64,000 nt of DNA from Hyalangium minutum (GTDB lineage: Bacteria > Myxococcota > Myxococcia > Myxococcales > Myxococcaceae), in the NCBI RefSeq assembly GCF_000737315.1, contig NZ_JMCB01000005.1, positions 186,001 to 250,000 of the forward strand, in the 5' to 3' direction. Below are positions 39,363 through 49,330 of this stretch, one piece after another. A program made the position numbers and the translations under genes. The notes under the pieces are model-generated. The model was not told the DNA's origin, searched no databases, and worked only from the letters and a program-made list of their open reading frames with translations. How positions within the stretch are numbered: position 1 is the first letter of the stretch; each line of letters begins with the position of its first letter.

Positions 39363-41654
39363 ATGCCCTTCGAATGGAAGCTGGCCAGTCTCGATGAGCT
39401 CAAGGAACTGCTCCTGGACACGTCCCTCCAGGACTCGCAGGTCCGCGTCAACCTGGCCACGGCCAAGGTAGAGCAGCCGATCAGCCTGGGGCTCGAGGCG
39501 CTCTCATTCGTGTTGGACGGCGGCACGGAGGCCAACATCGAGGCCTTCAACGCGCCGGGGGACGTGGACGCGGACGGCGTCGTCGGTGACAAGCCCGCGC
39601 AGGAGGACATGACGAAGCTGAGCCCGCCGCTGCTGCTGGGGCAGGACGCGTGGCTGAAGTACGCGGTGCGGGTGCGCGCCAAGGCGCAGGCCGGGGTGGC
39701 GCTGCCGTTCCTGTCGGGCTCGGGCAGCGGCGAGGTGGCGATTCAGGTCGCGGACTACCACGTGCACTCGCTGACCGACCGGCTGCGCGACGCCATCAAC
39801 ACGGACACGCGCAACCTCCGGCTGCCGCTGGTGCTCGAGCACGTGCTGAAGATCCAGCCGAAGGAGGCGCTGAGCTTCCAGGCGCGCACGCGGCTGGAGA
39901 CGTCCGTCACGCTCGCGTGGGGAGACGTCTTCAGCACCAACCTGAACCCGCTGAGCCGGCTGCTGCCGGTGGGGACGCTGCTGGCCATCAAGGCCACGGC
40001 GGGTGCGACTGTCACAGGCAGCGTGAGTGTGACGGATGACTTCATGGTCACCTTCTCGCGCGAGAAGGCGGGGGCGATGGTGGTCTCCGTGCAGAAGGGC
40101 GCGGTGCGCGAGGCGAAGCGGGCGGCGCAGATTGGCGTCACCGTGGAGGCGGCGGTGGATCCGGCGGTGGTGGACGCGGCGCTGAACGCGCTGGTGGGGC
40201 TGCCGGGGCTCTCGCACTTCGAGCAGCTGGTGGACAAGCTCTCCACCACGCAGCTGTCCGAGGAGGAGAAGAAGCTGCTGAGGCTGGCGTTGGACCGGCT
40301 GGGGATGACGGACTACGAGGCCGACGCGACGGCGCTGAAGCGGGCCTGGGAGGACCAGAAGGCGAAGGCGAAGCAGGCGCTGGTGACGATGGCGGCGGAG
40401 AAGATCTCCTCCGGGTTCCAGTACGAGTACGCGCGGGTGTCCGAGCAGCAGACGCTGCTGCGGCTGGAGGTGGCGGATGCGCAGCTGGCGAAGCTGCACC
40501 TGCCGCTGGTGATGGGGCGGCTGACGCAGGTGCTGAAGCAGGTGGAGCCGGGGGCGCTGCGCAGCTACTTCCAGCAGAACACGCGGACGCTGAGTGAGGC
40601 GTGGGGCTTCACGCTGGGGTTCTCGAAGTGGCAGGTGCTGAAGAGCCAGACGCAGAGGAAGCTGCAGCGGGTGGCGCAGTACGGCTCGCCGGATCCGGTG
40701 CATGGGCCTCGGCGGTACGCGTTCATGGGGATGCGCAGCTATGAGGGCGGGCTGTTCCAGGGGACGGGGCGCTGGTCCGTGGACTTCAAGGCGGACATGG
40801 GCGAGTTCCGGGCGCAGCCGACGGTGCGGGACTTCAGCTACGGGCTGTATCTGCAACTGCAGCGGAAGGGGAAGCTGTCGGAGACGGCGGTGCGGCAGGC
40901 CATCGACGAGGCGATCGTCTGGCACGTGTTGGACGACGCGGACGAGGAGCAGGTGCTGAAGCAGATCCAGGAGGCGGCGAAGGGCGAGGCGGTGGAGCTG
41001 CGGCTGGAGGTGAAGCTGGCGGACACGGTGTTCCGGGAGCTGACGGCGCTGGCGGCGATGGGAGTGCCGGAGCTGTACGCGAAGGCGCTGGCGCGGTCGA
41101 TGCCGTGGGACAAGAGCCCGGCGCGTGCGAACCCCGAGTTCCGGCAGAGCGTGTACGCGCCGCTGTGGATGACGTACCTGACGGAGAAGGGGAAGGACTG
41201 GACGCCGCCGAGGGCGGCGCAGCGTGCGGCGGCGTGGCTGAAGCAGAACAAGATCGCGAAGGGGAGTGCGGGGGAGGTGGCGTACTGGGAGGGGCAGGGG
41301 ACGGCATACCCGAACACGTTCGCGGACGTGCTGGACAAGAACTCGCGGTTGGCGGACGTGGGCAGCCAGTACGGGGGGACGTACGTGCGGTGGCAGCGGC
41401 TGGTGGCGGGGATGGCGTTGCTGCGGGATGGGCTGCAGCAGGGGGCGGATCCGGCGGTCATCGAGAAGGTGTTCGAGGAGCTGGAGGAGCTCTGGCGCGT
41501 GTCGTTCCACGTGAAGGCGTTCGGCGCGATGTTGCTGGAGCTGTCGGCGAAGAGCGTCCAGGGCATGGCGGCGGTGGAGCGCACGTTCACGGTGGTGACG
41601 GGGACGGGGGACAAGCAGTCCCAGCTCGTCTTCACCGCCTCCCGCGAGGGGTAA
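39363..41654 (+). CDS. Large hypothetical protein (763 aa)
   Basis: Long ORF with strong GC3 codon bias; no recognised motif or signal peptide. Confidence 0.8.
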   Translation: MPFEWKLASLDELKELLLDTSLQDSQVRVNLATAKVEQPISLGLEALSFVLDGGTEANIEAFNAPGDVDADGVVGDKPAQEDMTKLSPPLLLGQDAWLKYAVRVRAKAQAGVALPFLSGSGSGEVAIQVADYHVHSLTDRLRDAINTDTRNLRLPLVLEHVLKIQPKEALSFQARTRLETSVTLAWGDVFSTNLNPLSRLLPVGTLLAIKATAGATVTGSVSVTDDFMVTFSREKAGAMVVSVQKGAVREAKRAAQIGVTVEAAVDPAVVDAALNALVGLPGLSHFEQLVDKLSTTQLSEEEKKLLRLALDRLGMTDYEADATALKRAWEDQKAKAKQALVTMAAEKISSGFQYEYARVSEQQTLLRLEVADAQLAKLHLPLVMGRLTQVLKQVEPGALRSYFQQNTRTLSEAWGFTLGFSKWQVLKSQTQRKLQRVAQYGSPDPVHGPRRYAFMGMRSYEGGLFQGTGRWSVDFKADMGEFRAQPTVRDFSYGLYLQLQRKGKLSETAVRQAIDEAIVWHVLDDADEEQVLKQIQEAAKGEAVELRLEVKLADTVFRELTALAAMGVPELYAKALARSMPWDKSPARANPEFRQSVYAPLWMTYLTEKGKDWTPPRAAQRAAAWLKQNKIAKGSAGEVAYWEGQGTAYPNTFADVLDKNSRLADVGSQYGGTYVRWQRLVAGMALLRDGLQQGADPAVIEKVFEELEELWRVSFHVKAFGAMLLELSAKSVQGMAAVERTFTVVTGTGDKQSQLVFTASREG

Positions 41655-41663
41655 CGAAGAACC

Positions 41664-42371
41664 GTGAGCGCCTCACGCCCATGGTGGCTGCTGGTGGCTA
41701 TAGCGCTAGCAGCCTGTGCGACGACACCCCGGGGAAGTGAGAGGCTGGGCTGCGAGGAGTCGGCTGAGCTCGTTTCTTACGAGGAAGCATGCTCGCACGA
41801 GAACAGCCTGGTGGCGCTGTGCGCAGGTGAGCAATGCGGGCTGTACCGATGCTGGCAGGTGCAGGAGCAGGGGGACGAAACGCGCGTGGTGCTTGCGCGG
41901 CACCCGGTGGGGGCATTGCCCAATCCTCAGCGGGGCGCGCAGAGGAACTGGGGGAGCGCACAAGAGTTGCCGCGGGATGCGCGGCCGGTGTTCATCATCC
42001 CGTGGCAGCACAAGCCGCCGCTGTTGCCCAGTCAGCAGCAGATGCTGGAGGAGGCAGCCAAGGAGCGGGCCAAGCCGCATGAGCAGCACCACATCTTCCC
42101 GCGAATGTTCAAGGAGTGGTTTACCCAGCAAGGCATCGACATCGACAAGTATGTGCTCCTGCTGGAGTTGGAGAAGCACAGGAGCATCCATCGCGGAGCC
42201 AACGGAGGCCCGTGGAATGCCGCATGGGCTCGTTTCATCCAAGAAAACCTGGCGGGGGCCCCGAAAGAGAAGATCCACAGATACGCCGGACAACTCATCT
42301 ACGAGTTCGAGCTGTTCGGCCCTGTCATTCCGTATTCGAGACAGCCGCCCCCGCTGCCTCCAGGGTACTAG
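41664..42371 (+). CDS. sitA6: SitA6-like (TIGR02269) polymorphic toxin lipoprotein, HNH-like nuclease
   Basis: Lipobox LAAC, Cys-rich N-domain, HEQHHIFP...HRSIH...WNAAW. Confidence 0.85.
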   Translation: MSASRPWWLLVAIALAACATTPRGSERLGCEESAELVSYEEACSHENSLVALCAGEQCGLYRCWQVQEQGDETRVVLARHPVGALPNPQRGAQRNWGSAQELPRDARPVFIIPWQHKPPLLPSQQQMLEEAAKERAKPHEQHHIFPRMFKEWFTQQGIDIDKYVLLLELEKHRSIHRGANGGPWNAAWARFIQENLAGAPKEKIHRYAGQLIYEFELFGPVIPYSRQPPPLPPGY

Positions 42372-42376
42372 CGCCG

Positions 42377-43102
42377 ATGCGATTCTATTGGCTCAGCACC
42401 CCTCCATCGCCGCGTGACTCAGGCGGGTATACGTACGGGCATACATGGAGCCTGCCTGGAGTGGCCTGCCCGGTGTGCAATCTCTCTGGGGGCACGGCTG
42501 CGAATGCCTACCCTTCTGTAGACCTGTCTCACCTGCCGGCTCAGGAGCAGCGGAAGTACTTCGCGCGGTTCGAGGAAGACTTCGTGGAGTTCGAGCGGCT
42601 GCGCGAACAGGTGCGCCCGTTGGTGCCTTCCGGAATCCCCCTCTGGCCAGGGACTGCTTTCGGTCCCCTGCATGGCTCGGCCTGGGGAGAGTTTGGCCCG
42701 CTGAGCCTGATTCACGCGTGGGAGCTGTTGATCAGGCGTGAGCCATTCGAGCGTCTGCAGGCTGAGGGCTTGAGGGGCTTGAAGGGCTGTCGCACGGCCC
42801 TGCGCTTTCGCAAGAAGAACCCACCCGAGTTGCTGGAGATGGAATTGGTGCCCCGGGGCGAGTTCCACTCGGATTGCCTGCCGGAACGTCCCCTGCCCTG
42901 TCCGAAGTGCGAGAGGAGAGAACTCAAGTGTCCAGACGAGCCCATTCTGGATGCGGCCTCTCTGCCTGAAGACCAGGATTTGTTCCGACTGGCTGGGTTT
43001 CTGTCGATGATCATCGCCACCGAGCGCTTTGTAGATGCAGTGCGGCGTCTGAGCTACGAGCAGGATATCGCCTTCCGCGAACTGCCGGTGCGCGGCGCGT
43101 AG
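42377..43102 (+). CDS. sitI6: SitI6-like double-CXXCG immunity protein (TIGR02264)
   Basis: LPGVACPVC and CPKC motifs, IIATERFVDAV; 5 bp after the toxin gene. Confidence 0.85.
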   Translation: MRFYWLSTPPSPRDSGGYTYGHTWSLPGVACPVCNLSGGTAANAYPSVDLSHLPAQEQRKYFARFEEDFVEFERLREQVRPLVPSGIPLWPGTAFGPLHGSAWGEFGPLSLIHAWELLIRREPFERLQAEGLRGLKGCRTALRFRKKNPPELLEMELVPRGEFHSDCLPERPLPCPKCERRELKCPDEPILDAASLPEDQDLFRLAGFLSMIIATERFVDAVRRLSYEQDIAFRELPVRGA

Positions 43103-43139
43103 CACAGGCTGGTTCAACTGATCGCGCCATGAAGCGGCG

Positions 43140-44591
43140 TCATGGCTGCTCGGAGGTGGGCGGCGGGCGGCTGTCGAAGACGGGCATGTAGCATTGGCCC
43201 TCTCGTTCGTAGGCTGCACCGCACGGCGGATCAATCCGGAGGATGGACCAGCAAGCTCCTATGACCACGACCTCCGAGCGTGGATTGCAGGGGGGCTTCT
43301 TCTGCCCAGGAAGAGGAGTCTTGGGCATGGCCAAACCGATGGCAGAGACAGGCAGTCCCGTTCGCGGACCCTCCTGCACGGAGGCCATGGCGGCATCCGC
43401 GACGCCAGCATCAGGCGTCTCTATGGGGGGTGTCGGAACCTCTTTGGCCATCAGCGGGGGGCCGGAAGGGGCCGATTCTTCTCGGGGCGCTGGGCCTGAT
43501 GGGAGCTTGGAACCGATGAGCACGACGAACCCCCCCACCATGGCGGCTGCAGCCCATGAGAGCAGCGCCAGGGTGGCGTGGTGCGTGGCGTCTGCTGAGG
43601 AGCGCTGACGGCTCGGAGGGGGAGGGGACCCGCTTGAGGACGCAGAACGGGACGGTGCCTCTAACTCAGAAGGAACTCCTACCCGAAGCAGGCGGATGGG
43701 ATTGTCCGCCACATGCCGAGTATGGAGCGCAGCGTGCTCTAACGCCTCTACCGTCTGAGGAGTGGTACCGCGGTTCGCTTTATCCTCGGAGAGCAGGCGC
43801 AGGATGATGCTGTCCAATTCTGGAGTGACCGTGGCGAGCTCTCTTGGGGGGCGCAGTTCCCGCTGCTCCTCATGCTGGGTCTCGCTGATGGGCGGGGGGT
43901 AGGTGCCCGTCACGAGCCGGTAGGCGGTGACGCCCAGCGCGTACAGGTCATCGCAGGGGCTCGCTTTCCAGCGCGCCTGGTCATCCCTGTAGAAGCGCCA
44001 CGTGAAGCGTAGCAGCTCCGGCGAGCGGTAGACGCTGGTGCCCGGAGGCGCACAGGTGTCCGTCAGCGGGCGCGCTCCCGGGAACCATCCGGCGCCGAAG
44101 TCCACCAGCACCGCGCGGCCTTCAGGAGTGACGCGGATGTTGTCCCCCTTGACGTCCCGGTGAACGGCGCCCGAGGCATGAACCGCCGCCAGTCCTTGTG
44201 CCACCTGGGCGAGCACTTCGAGCACGTCCCGGGAGGAGCGCTCTTCCTCGTGGCCCCACTCATAGAGGATGGAGCCCGCCACGTACTCCATGACTAGGTA
44301 AGGGTGGTCGTCACCCCGGGCCGAGATCCAGATCCCAAAGTCCTCAAAGCGAGGCAGCGCGGGGTGTTGAGTGCGCCGGAGCAGCTCGGCTTCCCGCTCG
44401 AAGCGCGGATCACCGGCTTGCTTGGCCATCTTCATGGCGAAGGGGCCTGCTTCCGGCTTCGAAGCGCGCTCCACCAGGAACACCACTCCGTAGCTGCCGG
44501 AGTCGATGCGTTCGAGGACACGCCAGGGGCCTACGAGCGAGCCGGGGCGCAGATCGCGAGGGTCAACAGGGGTCTCCAGGTCATCGCTCAA
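43140..44591 (-). CDS. Membrane Ser/Thr protein kinase (Myxococcales type)
   Basis: SGSYG, AMK, HRDVKGDN, DFG, YRSPE; TM segment; Cys-rich C-terminus MPKTPLPGQKKPPC..GACW. Confidence 0.9.
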   Translation of the reverse strand: MSDDLETPVDPRDLRPGSLVGPWRVLERIDSGSYGVVFLVERASKPEAGPFAMKMAKQAGDPRFEREAELLRRTQHPALPRFEDFGIWISARGDDHPYLVMEYVAGSILYEWGHEEERSSRDVLEVLAQVAQGLAAVHASGAVHRDVKGDNIRVTPEGRAVLVDFGAGWFPGARPLTDTCAPPGTSVYRSPELLRFTWRFYRDDQARWKASPCDDLYALGVTAYRLVTGTYPPPISETQHEEQRELRPPRELATVTPELDSIILRLLSEDKANRGTTPQTVEALEHAALHTRHVADNPIRLLRVGVPSELEAPSRSASSSGSPPPPSRQRSSADATHHATLALLSWAAAAMVGGFVVLIGSKLPSGPAPREESAPSGPPLMAKEVPTPPIETPDAGVADAAMASVQEGPRTGLPVSAIGLAMPKTPLPGQKKPPCNPRSEVVVIGACWSILRIDPPCGAAYEREGQCYMPVFDSRPPPTSEQP

Positions 44592-44696
44592 GGGGCTTCT
44601 CCCGCAGGGGCGCGGAGCTGAACCCGAGCCTACCGAAGAGGTGGCCCAGAAGATACCCGCTCTCTTGGGTTGTGTCCGCCTGCCTCACGGGCATGA

Positions 44697-44750
44697 CTGT
44701 TCGGAAATGTCGGGACTTTTGCGTCCAAAACCCCCGACATTTCCGAACAG
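44697..44750. repeat. Perfect 18-bp inverted repeat with internal ttttg/caaaa stem
   Basis: ctgttcggaaatgtcggg (44697-44714) and cccgacatttccgaacag (44733-44750). Confidence 0.9.
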
Positions 44751-44940
44751 GCGTCCGCGAGAACTCTTCGTAGCTGTGCCGGCCGCTGTGGACCCGGAAG
44801 GGAAGCCGATGTCAACCAGGAGGTAGGTTCTGCGCCCACCTCTGAAAGCGCATGCAAAGTCTTGCGGGCGTTACGAACCGGCGACAGGATGCGCCGCCGT
44901 TTTCCCTACAACTGCCACAACTCACCAGAGGGAGGGACGA

Positions 44941-46086
44941 GTGGACACCCGTTCTTCGATGACTCGTATCGGCGCCGCATCGGTGCTGGCTGCTGTGATG
45001 CTGCTGAGCCCCGCCTGCAAGAAGGAGGAGAAGCCTGCCGGTGATACCACCGGGACGGCGACGGGGACGCCTCCCGCGGCCGAGAAGAAGCCGGCCGGCG
45101 GGAAGATCGCCCTGCTGCTGCCCGAGACGAAGACGGCTCGTTACGAGTCCCACGACCGCCCTCACTTCGAGCGCAAGGTGAAGGAGCTGTGTTCCGAGTG
45201 CGAGGTCATCTACAGCAACGCGGATCAGGACGCGTCCAAGCAGCAGAACCAGGCCGAGGCCGCGCTGACCAACGGCGCCCAGGTGCTGGTGCTGGATCCG
45301 GTGGACTCCGCCTCGGCGGCCGCCATCGTCACGCGCGCCAAGCAGTCGAAGATCCCCGTCGTCAGCTATGACCGCCTCATCACCGGCGCGGACGTGGACT
45401 ACTACATCTCGTTCGACAACGAGAAGGTCGGCAAGCTCCAGGCCACCGCGCTCGTGGACAAGCTCAAGGCGGACGGGAAGACGGGCGGCACCATCGTGAT
45501 GATCAACGGTGCGCCCACCGACAACAACGCCAAGCTCTTCAAGGCCGGCGCGCACAGCATCATCGACGGCAGCGGCCTGAAGATCGGCGCCGAGTACGAC
45601 ACCCCGGACTGGAGCCCGGACAAGGCCCAGCAGCAGATGGAGCAGGCCATCACCTCCATCGGCAAGGACAAGATCGCCGGCGTGTACTGCGCCAATGACG
45701 GCACGGCGGGCGGCGCCATCGCGGCCATGAAGGCCGCGGGCGTCAAGCCGCTGCCCCCCGTCACGGGCCAGGACGCGGAGCTGGCGGGTATCCAGCGCAT
45801 CATCGCGGGCGAGCAGTTCATGACCGTCTACAAGGCCATCAAGCCCGAGGCCGAGGTCGCCGCGGAGCTGGCGGTGGCGCTGGTGCGCGGCCAGCAGGCC
45901 CCGGCGGGCAAGGTCAACGCCAAGGTGAACAACGGCAAGCTGGACGTGCCCTCCATCCTCCTGGAGCCCGTGGCCGTCACCAAGGACAACGTGAAGACCA
46001 CGGTCGTCGCGGACGGGTTCTGGAAGCCGGACGAGCTCTGCGCCGGCTCCTACAAGGACGCCTGCACCGCGGCCCAGATCCAGTAA
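44941..46086 (+). CDS. Monosaccharide ABC transporter substrate-binding lipoprotein (XylF/ChvE-like)
   Basis: Lipobox SPAC; RYESHDR, SFDNEKVG, NDGTAGGA, TGQDAE. Confidence 0.92.
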   Translation: MDTRSSMTRIGAASVLAAVMLLSPACKKEEKPAGDTTGTATGTPPAAEKKPAGGKIALLLPETKTARYESHDRPHFERKVKELCSECEVIYSNADQDASKQQNQAEAALTNGAQVLVLDPVDSASAAAIVTRAKQSKIPVVSYDRLITGADVDYYISFDNEKVGKLQATALVDKLKADGKTGGTIVMINGAPTDNNAKLFKAGAHSIIDGSGLKIGAEYDTPDWSPDKAQQQMEQAITSIGKDKIAGVYCANDGTAGGAIAAMKAAGVKPLPPVTGQDAELAGIQRIIAGEQFMTVYKAIKPEAEVAAELAVALVRGQQAPAGKVNAKVNNGKLDVPSILLEPVAVTKDNVKTTVVADGFWKPDELCAGSYKDACTAAQIQ

Positions 46087-46101
46087 CGCCTGGAGGGTGG
46101 A

Positions 46102-46890
46102 ATGACCGCTACATCGTTGCTGGAGCTGAAAGGGGTCTCCAAGCGCTTCGGGGCCGTCCAGGCCCTCACCACGGTGGACTTCGAGGTCCGCCCCGGTGAG
46201 GTCGTGGCCCTGGTGGGCGACAACGGGGCCGGGAAGTCCACCCTCATCAAGATCATCTCAGGAATCATCCCCATCGACGAAGGGCAGGTCCTCTTCGAGG
46301 GCCGGCCCGTCTCCCTGAACGGGCCTCAGGCCTCGTCGTCGCTGGGAATTGCCACCGTGTACCAGGACCTCGCGCTGTGCGACAACCTGGACGTCGTGGG
46401 CAACCTGTTCCTCGGGCGCGAAGTGCGCTCGGGGGCCGCGGGCAAGCTCACGGGGTGGCTGGACGAGACCGCCATGGAGCAGCAGGCGAGCGCGCTGCTC
46501 CAGCGGCTCAGTGTGAGCATCCCCAGCGTGCGCACGCAGGTGGCCGCGCTGTCGGGTGGCCAGCGGCAGTCCATCGCGGTGGCTCGCGCGATGATGGGCT
46601 CGCCGAAGATGGTGCTGCTGGACGAGCCCACCGCGGCGCTCGGTGTGGCGCAGACGCGCCAGGTGCTGGACCTCATCCGCCGCCTGCGCGAGCAGGGCCT
46701 GGGCGTGGTGGTCATCAGCCATAACCTGATGGATGTGTTCTCCGTGTCCGACCGCATCATCGTGATGCGGCTGGGCAAGCGGGTGGCGACCTTCGACACC
46801 CAGGCGGCCAAGGAAGTCGAGGTCGTCTCCGCCATCACCGGAGCCAAGAAGCAGGAAGTCGTCGAGACGCTCAAGACGGAGGCCCAATGA
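46102..46890 (+). CDS. Sugar ABC transporter ATP-binding protein
   Basis: GDNGAGKST, LSGGQRQ, LLDEPT, ISH. Confidence 0.95.
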   Translation: MTATSLLELKGVSKRFGAVQALTTVDFEVRPGEVVALVGDNGAGKSTLIKIISGIIPIDEGQVLFEGRPVSLNGPQASSSLGIATVYQDLALCDNLDVVGNLFLGREVRSGAAGKLTGWLDETAMEQQASALLQRLSVSIPSVRTQVAALSGGQRQSIAVARAMMGSPKMVLLDEPTAALGVAQTRQVLDLIRRLREQGLGVVVISHNLMDVFSVSDRIIVMRLGKRVATFDTQAAKEVEVVSAITGAKKQEVVETLKTEAQ

Positions 46891-48122
46891 GCTCCCCCCG
46901 TGAAGTCGTGGCCTATGTCGATCCGCGCTTGATTCAGGATGCCCCGGGTCTGAAGGGTGCGTGGCAGGGCTTCCGCCGCCGCGTGTCCCAGGGCGAGCTG
47001 GGCAGCCTGCCCGTCATCGTCGGACTGAGCCTCATCTGGCTCATCTTCTATGTGGCCAACGAGCGCTTCCTCTCCGCCGTCAACCTCACCAACCTGATGC
47101 TGCAGATCGCCGCCATGGGGACGATCTCCGCGGGCATCGTGCTGGTGCTGCTGCTGGGAGAGATTGACCTGTCGGCGGGCGCCGTGAGCGGCCTGTCCGC
47201 CGCGGTGATGGCCATCCTCAACGTGAAGCACGGGTGGGGGGCTGTTCCGGCGCTCCTGGCGGGCCTGGCCGCCGGCGCGGGCATCGGCCTGTTCCACGGC
47301 CTGTGGATTACGCGGTTCCGCGTGCCCTCGTTCGTGGTGACGCTGGCCGGACTGCTGGGCTGGCAGGGTGCGCTGCTTTTCGTGCTGGGCAACACCGGCA
47401 CGGTGAACCTGAATGACCCGGTCATCAACGGGCTGACCGGCACCTTCTTCGAGCCGGCCATTGCCTGGCCCATCGCCATCCTCATCATCGCCCTCTACGT
47501 GGCCACGGTGCTGGTCGAGCGGATGCGCCGGGGGGCGGCGGGGCTGCCCCAGGCGCACCTGCGCTCCACCGTGGCGCGCATGGTGGTCATCTCCGGCGCG
47601 GTGGTGGCCTCGGTGGCCGTGTTCACCCAGGACCGCGGCTTGCCGCTGGCGGCCATCATCTTCGCGGGCTTCGTGGTGGGCATTGAACTGCTCATCAAGC
47701 GCACCCGCTTCGGCCGGCACGTCTTCGCGGTGGGTGGCAACGCCGAGGCGGCTCGCCGCGCGGGCATCCGCGTGGAGACCATCCGCGTGGCCATCTTCAC
47801 CCTGGCCTCCACCATGGCGGCTGCGGGTGGTATCCTTGCCTCCTCGCGCTTGCTGGCGGTGAACCAGTCCTCTGGCAGCGGCGACGTGCTGCTCAACGCC
47901 ATCGCCGCGGCGGTGATTGGCGGCACCAGCCTCTTCGGCGGGCGCGGTTCGGCCTGGTCGGCCATCCTGGGAGCGCTGGTGATTGGCTCTATCTCCAACG
48001 GAATGGACCTGCTCGCGCTATCCTCGTCCGTGAAGTTCATGGTCACGGGCGCGGTGCTGCTGGTGGCGGCCTCCATCGACGCGCTCTCACGGAGAGGCCG
48101 GCAGGCGGCGGGCAGGGCGTGA
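46887..48122 (+). CDS. Sugar ABC transporter permease (XylH/GguB-like)
   Basis: GEIDLSAG, FAVGGNAEAARRAGI, AAAVIGGTSLFGGRG. Confidence 0.93.
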   Translation: MSSPREVVAYVDPRLIQDAPGLKGAWQGFRRRVSQGELGSLPVIVGLSLIWLIFYVANERFLSAVNLTNLMLQIAAMGTISAGIVLVLLLGEIDLSAGAVSGLSAAVMAILNVKHGWGAVPALLAGLAAGAGIGLFHGLWITRFRVPSFVVTLAGLLGWQGALLFVLGNTGTVNLNDPVINGLTGTFFEPAIAWPIAILIIALYVATVLVERMRRGAAGLPQAHLRSTVARMVVISGAVVASVAVFTQDRGLPLAAIIFAGFVVGIELLIKRTRFGRHVFAVGGNAEAARRAGIRVETIRVAIFTLASTMAAAGGILASSRLLAVNQSSGSGDVLLNAIAAAVIGGTSLFGGRGSAWSAILGALVIGSISNGMDLLALSSSVKFMVTGAVLLVAASIDALSRRGRQAAGRA

Positions 48123-48165
48123 ACCGGGCGCCGGGGCGCAGGTCCCCGGCCCTCAGGGAGACGCG

Positions 48166-49254
48166 ATGACGACGGGAGCACCCGCCCTTCGAGTGGGCAT
48201 CATCGGCACAGGCTTCGCGCGCTCCACGCAGATCCCCGCATTTCAGTCGCTCCCGGGCGTGGAGGTGGTCTCCATCGCCAGCGCCCGGCTCGAGCGCGCC
48301 GAGCAGGTGGCGCGCGAGTGTGGCATCCCTCGCGCCACCCAGGACTGGCGCGAGGTGGTGCGGGACCCGGGGGTGGACCTCGTCAGCATCGTCACCCCGC
48401 CGCACCTGCACCGCGAGATGGCCATCGCCGCGGTGCACGCGGGCAAGGCCGTGCTCTGCGAGAAGCCCACCTCGCTGGAGGCCGCCGAGGCGGAGATCAT
48501 GTGGCTGGCGGCCGAGCAGCGGGGCGTGCTCGCGCTGATGGACCATGAGCTGCGCTTCCTGCCCTCGCGCCAGCGGATGCGGGAGATCATCCTCTCCGGA
48601 GAGCTGGGGACGATTCATCACGCCCGCGTGCGCTACCGCAGCGACAACCGCGCCGGACCCGGGCGGCCGTGGGACTGGTGGTCGGACGTGGCGCGCGGCG
48701 GAGGACTGCTGGGGGCGCTGGGCTCGCATGCGGTGGACGCGCTGCGCTTCCTGCTGGGCCGCGAGCCGACGGAAGTCTTGGGCGTCCTGGCCACGCACAT
48801 CCCCTCGCGGCCGGATGCGCAGAGCGGCACAGCGCGGATGGTGACGTCCGATGACGAGGTGCAGGCGCTGCTGGGCTTCGGCGGAGGCCTCACGGCCGCG
48901 ATGAGCCTCTCCGCGGTGGAGCCCGGCAAGCCGATGCACGTGGTGGAGGTGTTCGGTACGCGCGGCGGCCTGCGCGTGGAGGGCTCGGAGTTGCTGCGGG
49001 CCGAGGTGGGCGGCCGGCGGTGGGCGCCGGTGGAGCTGCCTTCGCTGCAGCCGCTGCCCGCGGGCATGCCGGAGACCGAGTGGGCGCTCGGCTTCGTGCA
49101 GTACGCGCGCGCCATCGTCGAGGCACTGCGGGCGGGCGCCCGGACGCTGCCTGGGGCGGCCTCCTTCGAGGAGGGGTGGCGCAACCAGCGTGTGCTGGAT
49201 GCCATTCGCCGCTCCCACTCCGAGCGCCGCTGGATTCCTCTCAGCAAGGTGTAG
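48166..49254 (+). CDS. Gfo/Idh/MocA family oxidoreductase
   Basis: VGIIGTGFA, VLCEKP, GGGLLGALGSH. Confidence 0.92.
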   Translation: MTTGAPALRVGIIGTGFARSTQIPAFQSLPGVEVVSIASARLERAEQVARECGIPRATQDWREVVRDPGVDLVSIVTPPHLHREMAIAAVHAGKAVLCEKPTSLEAAEAEIMWLAAEQRGVLALMDHELRFLPSRQRMREIILSGELGTIHHARVRYRSDNRAGPGRPWDWWSDVARGGGLLGALGSHAVDALRFLLGREPTEVLGVLATHIPSRPDAQSGTARMVTSDDEVQALLGFGGGLTAAMSLSAVEPGKPMHVVEVFGTRGGLRVEGSELLRAEVGGRRWAPVELPSLQPLPAGMPETEWALGFVQYARAIVEALRAGARTLPGAASFEEGWRNQRVLDAIRRSHSERRWIPLSKV

Positions 49255-49330
49255 CAGGGCGAGAAGCTGCCTGCCGGGCGGGCCTGTGTCTGCGGCTCGG
49301 GGCTCCCCACCTTTCAAGGTGGAGCCACGA

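Noticed and set aside
44630-44857. Small ORF or regulator remnant upstream of the island kinase
   Set aside because: No recognisable motif or coding bias; overlaps the inverted repeat
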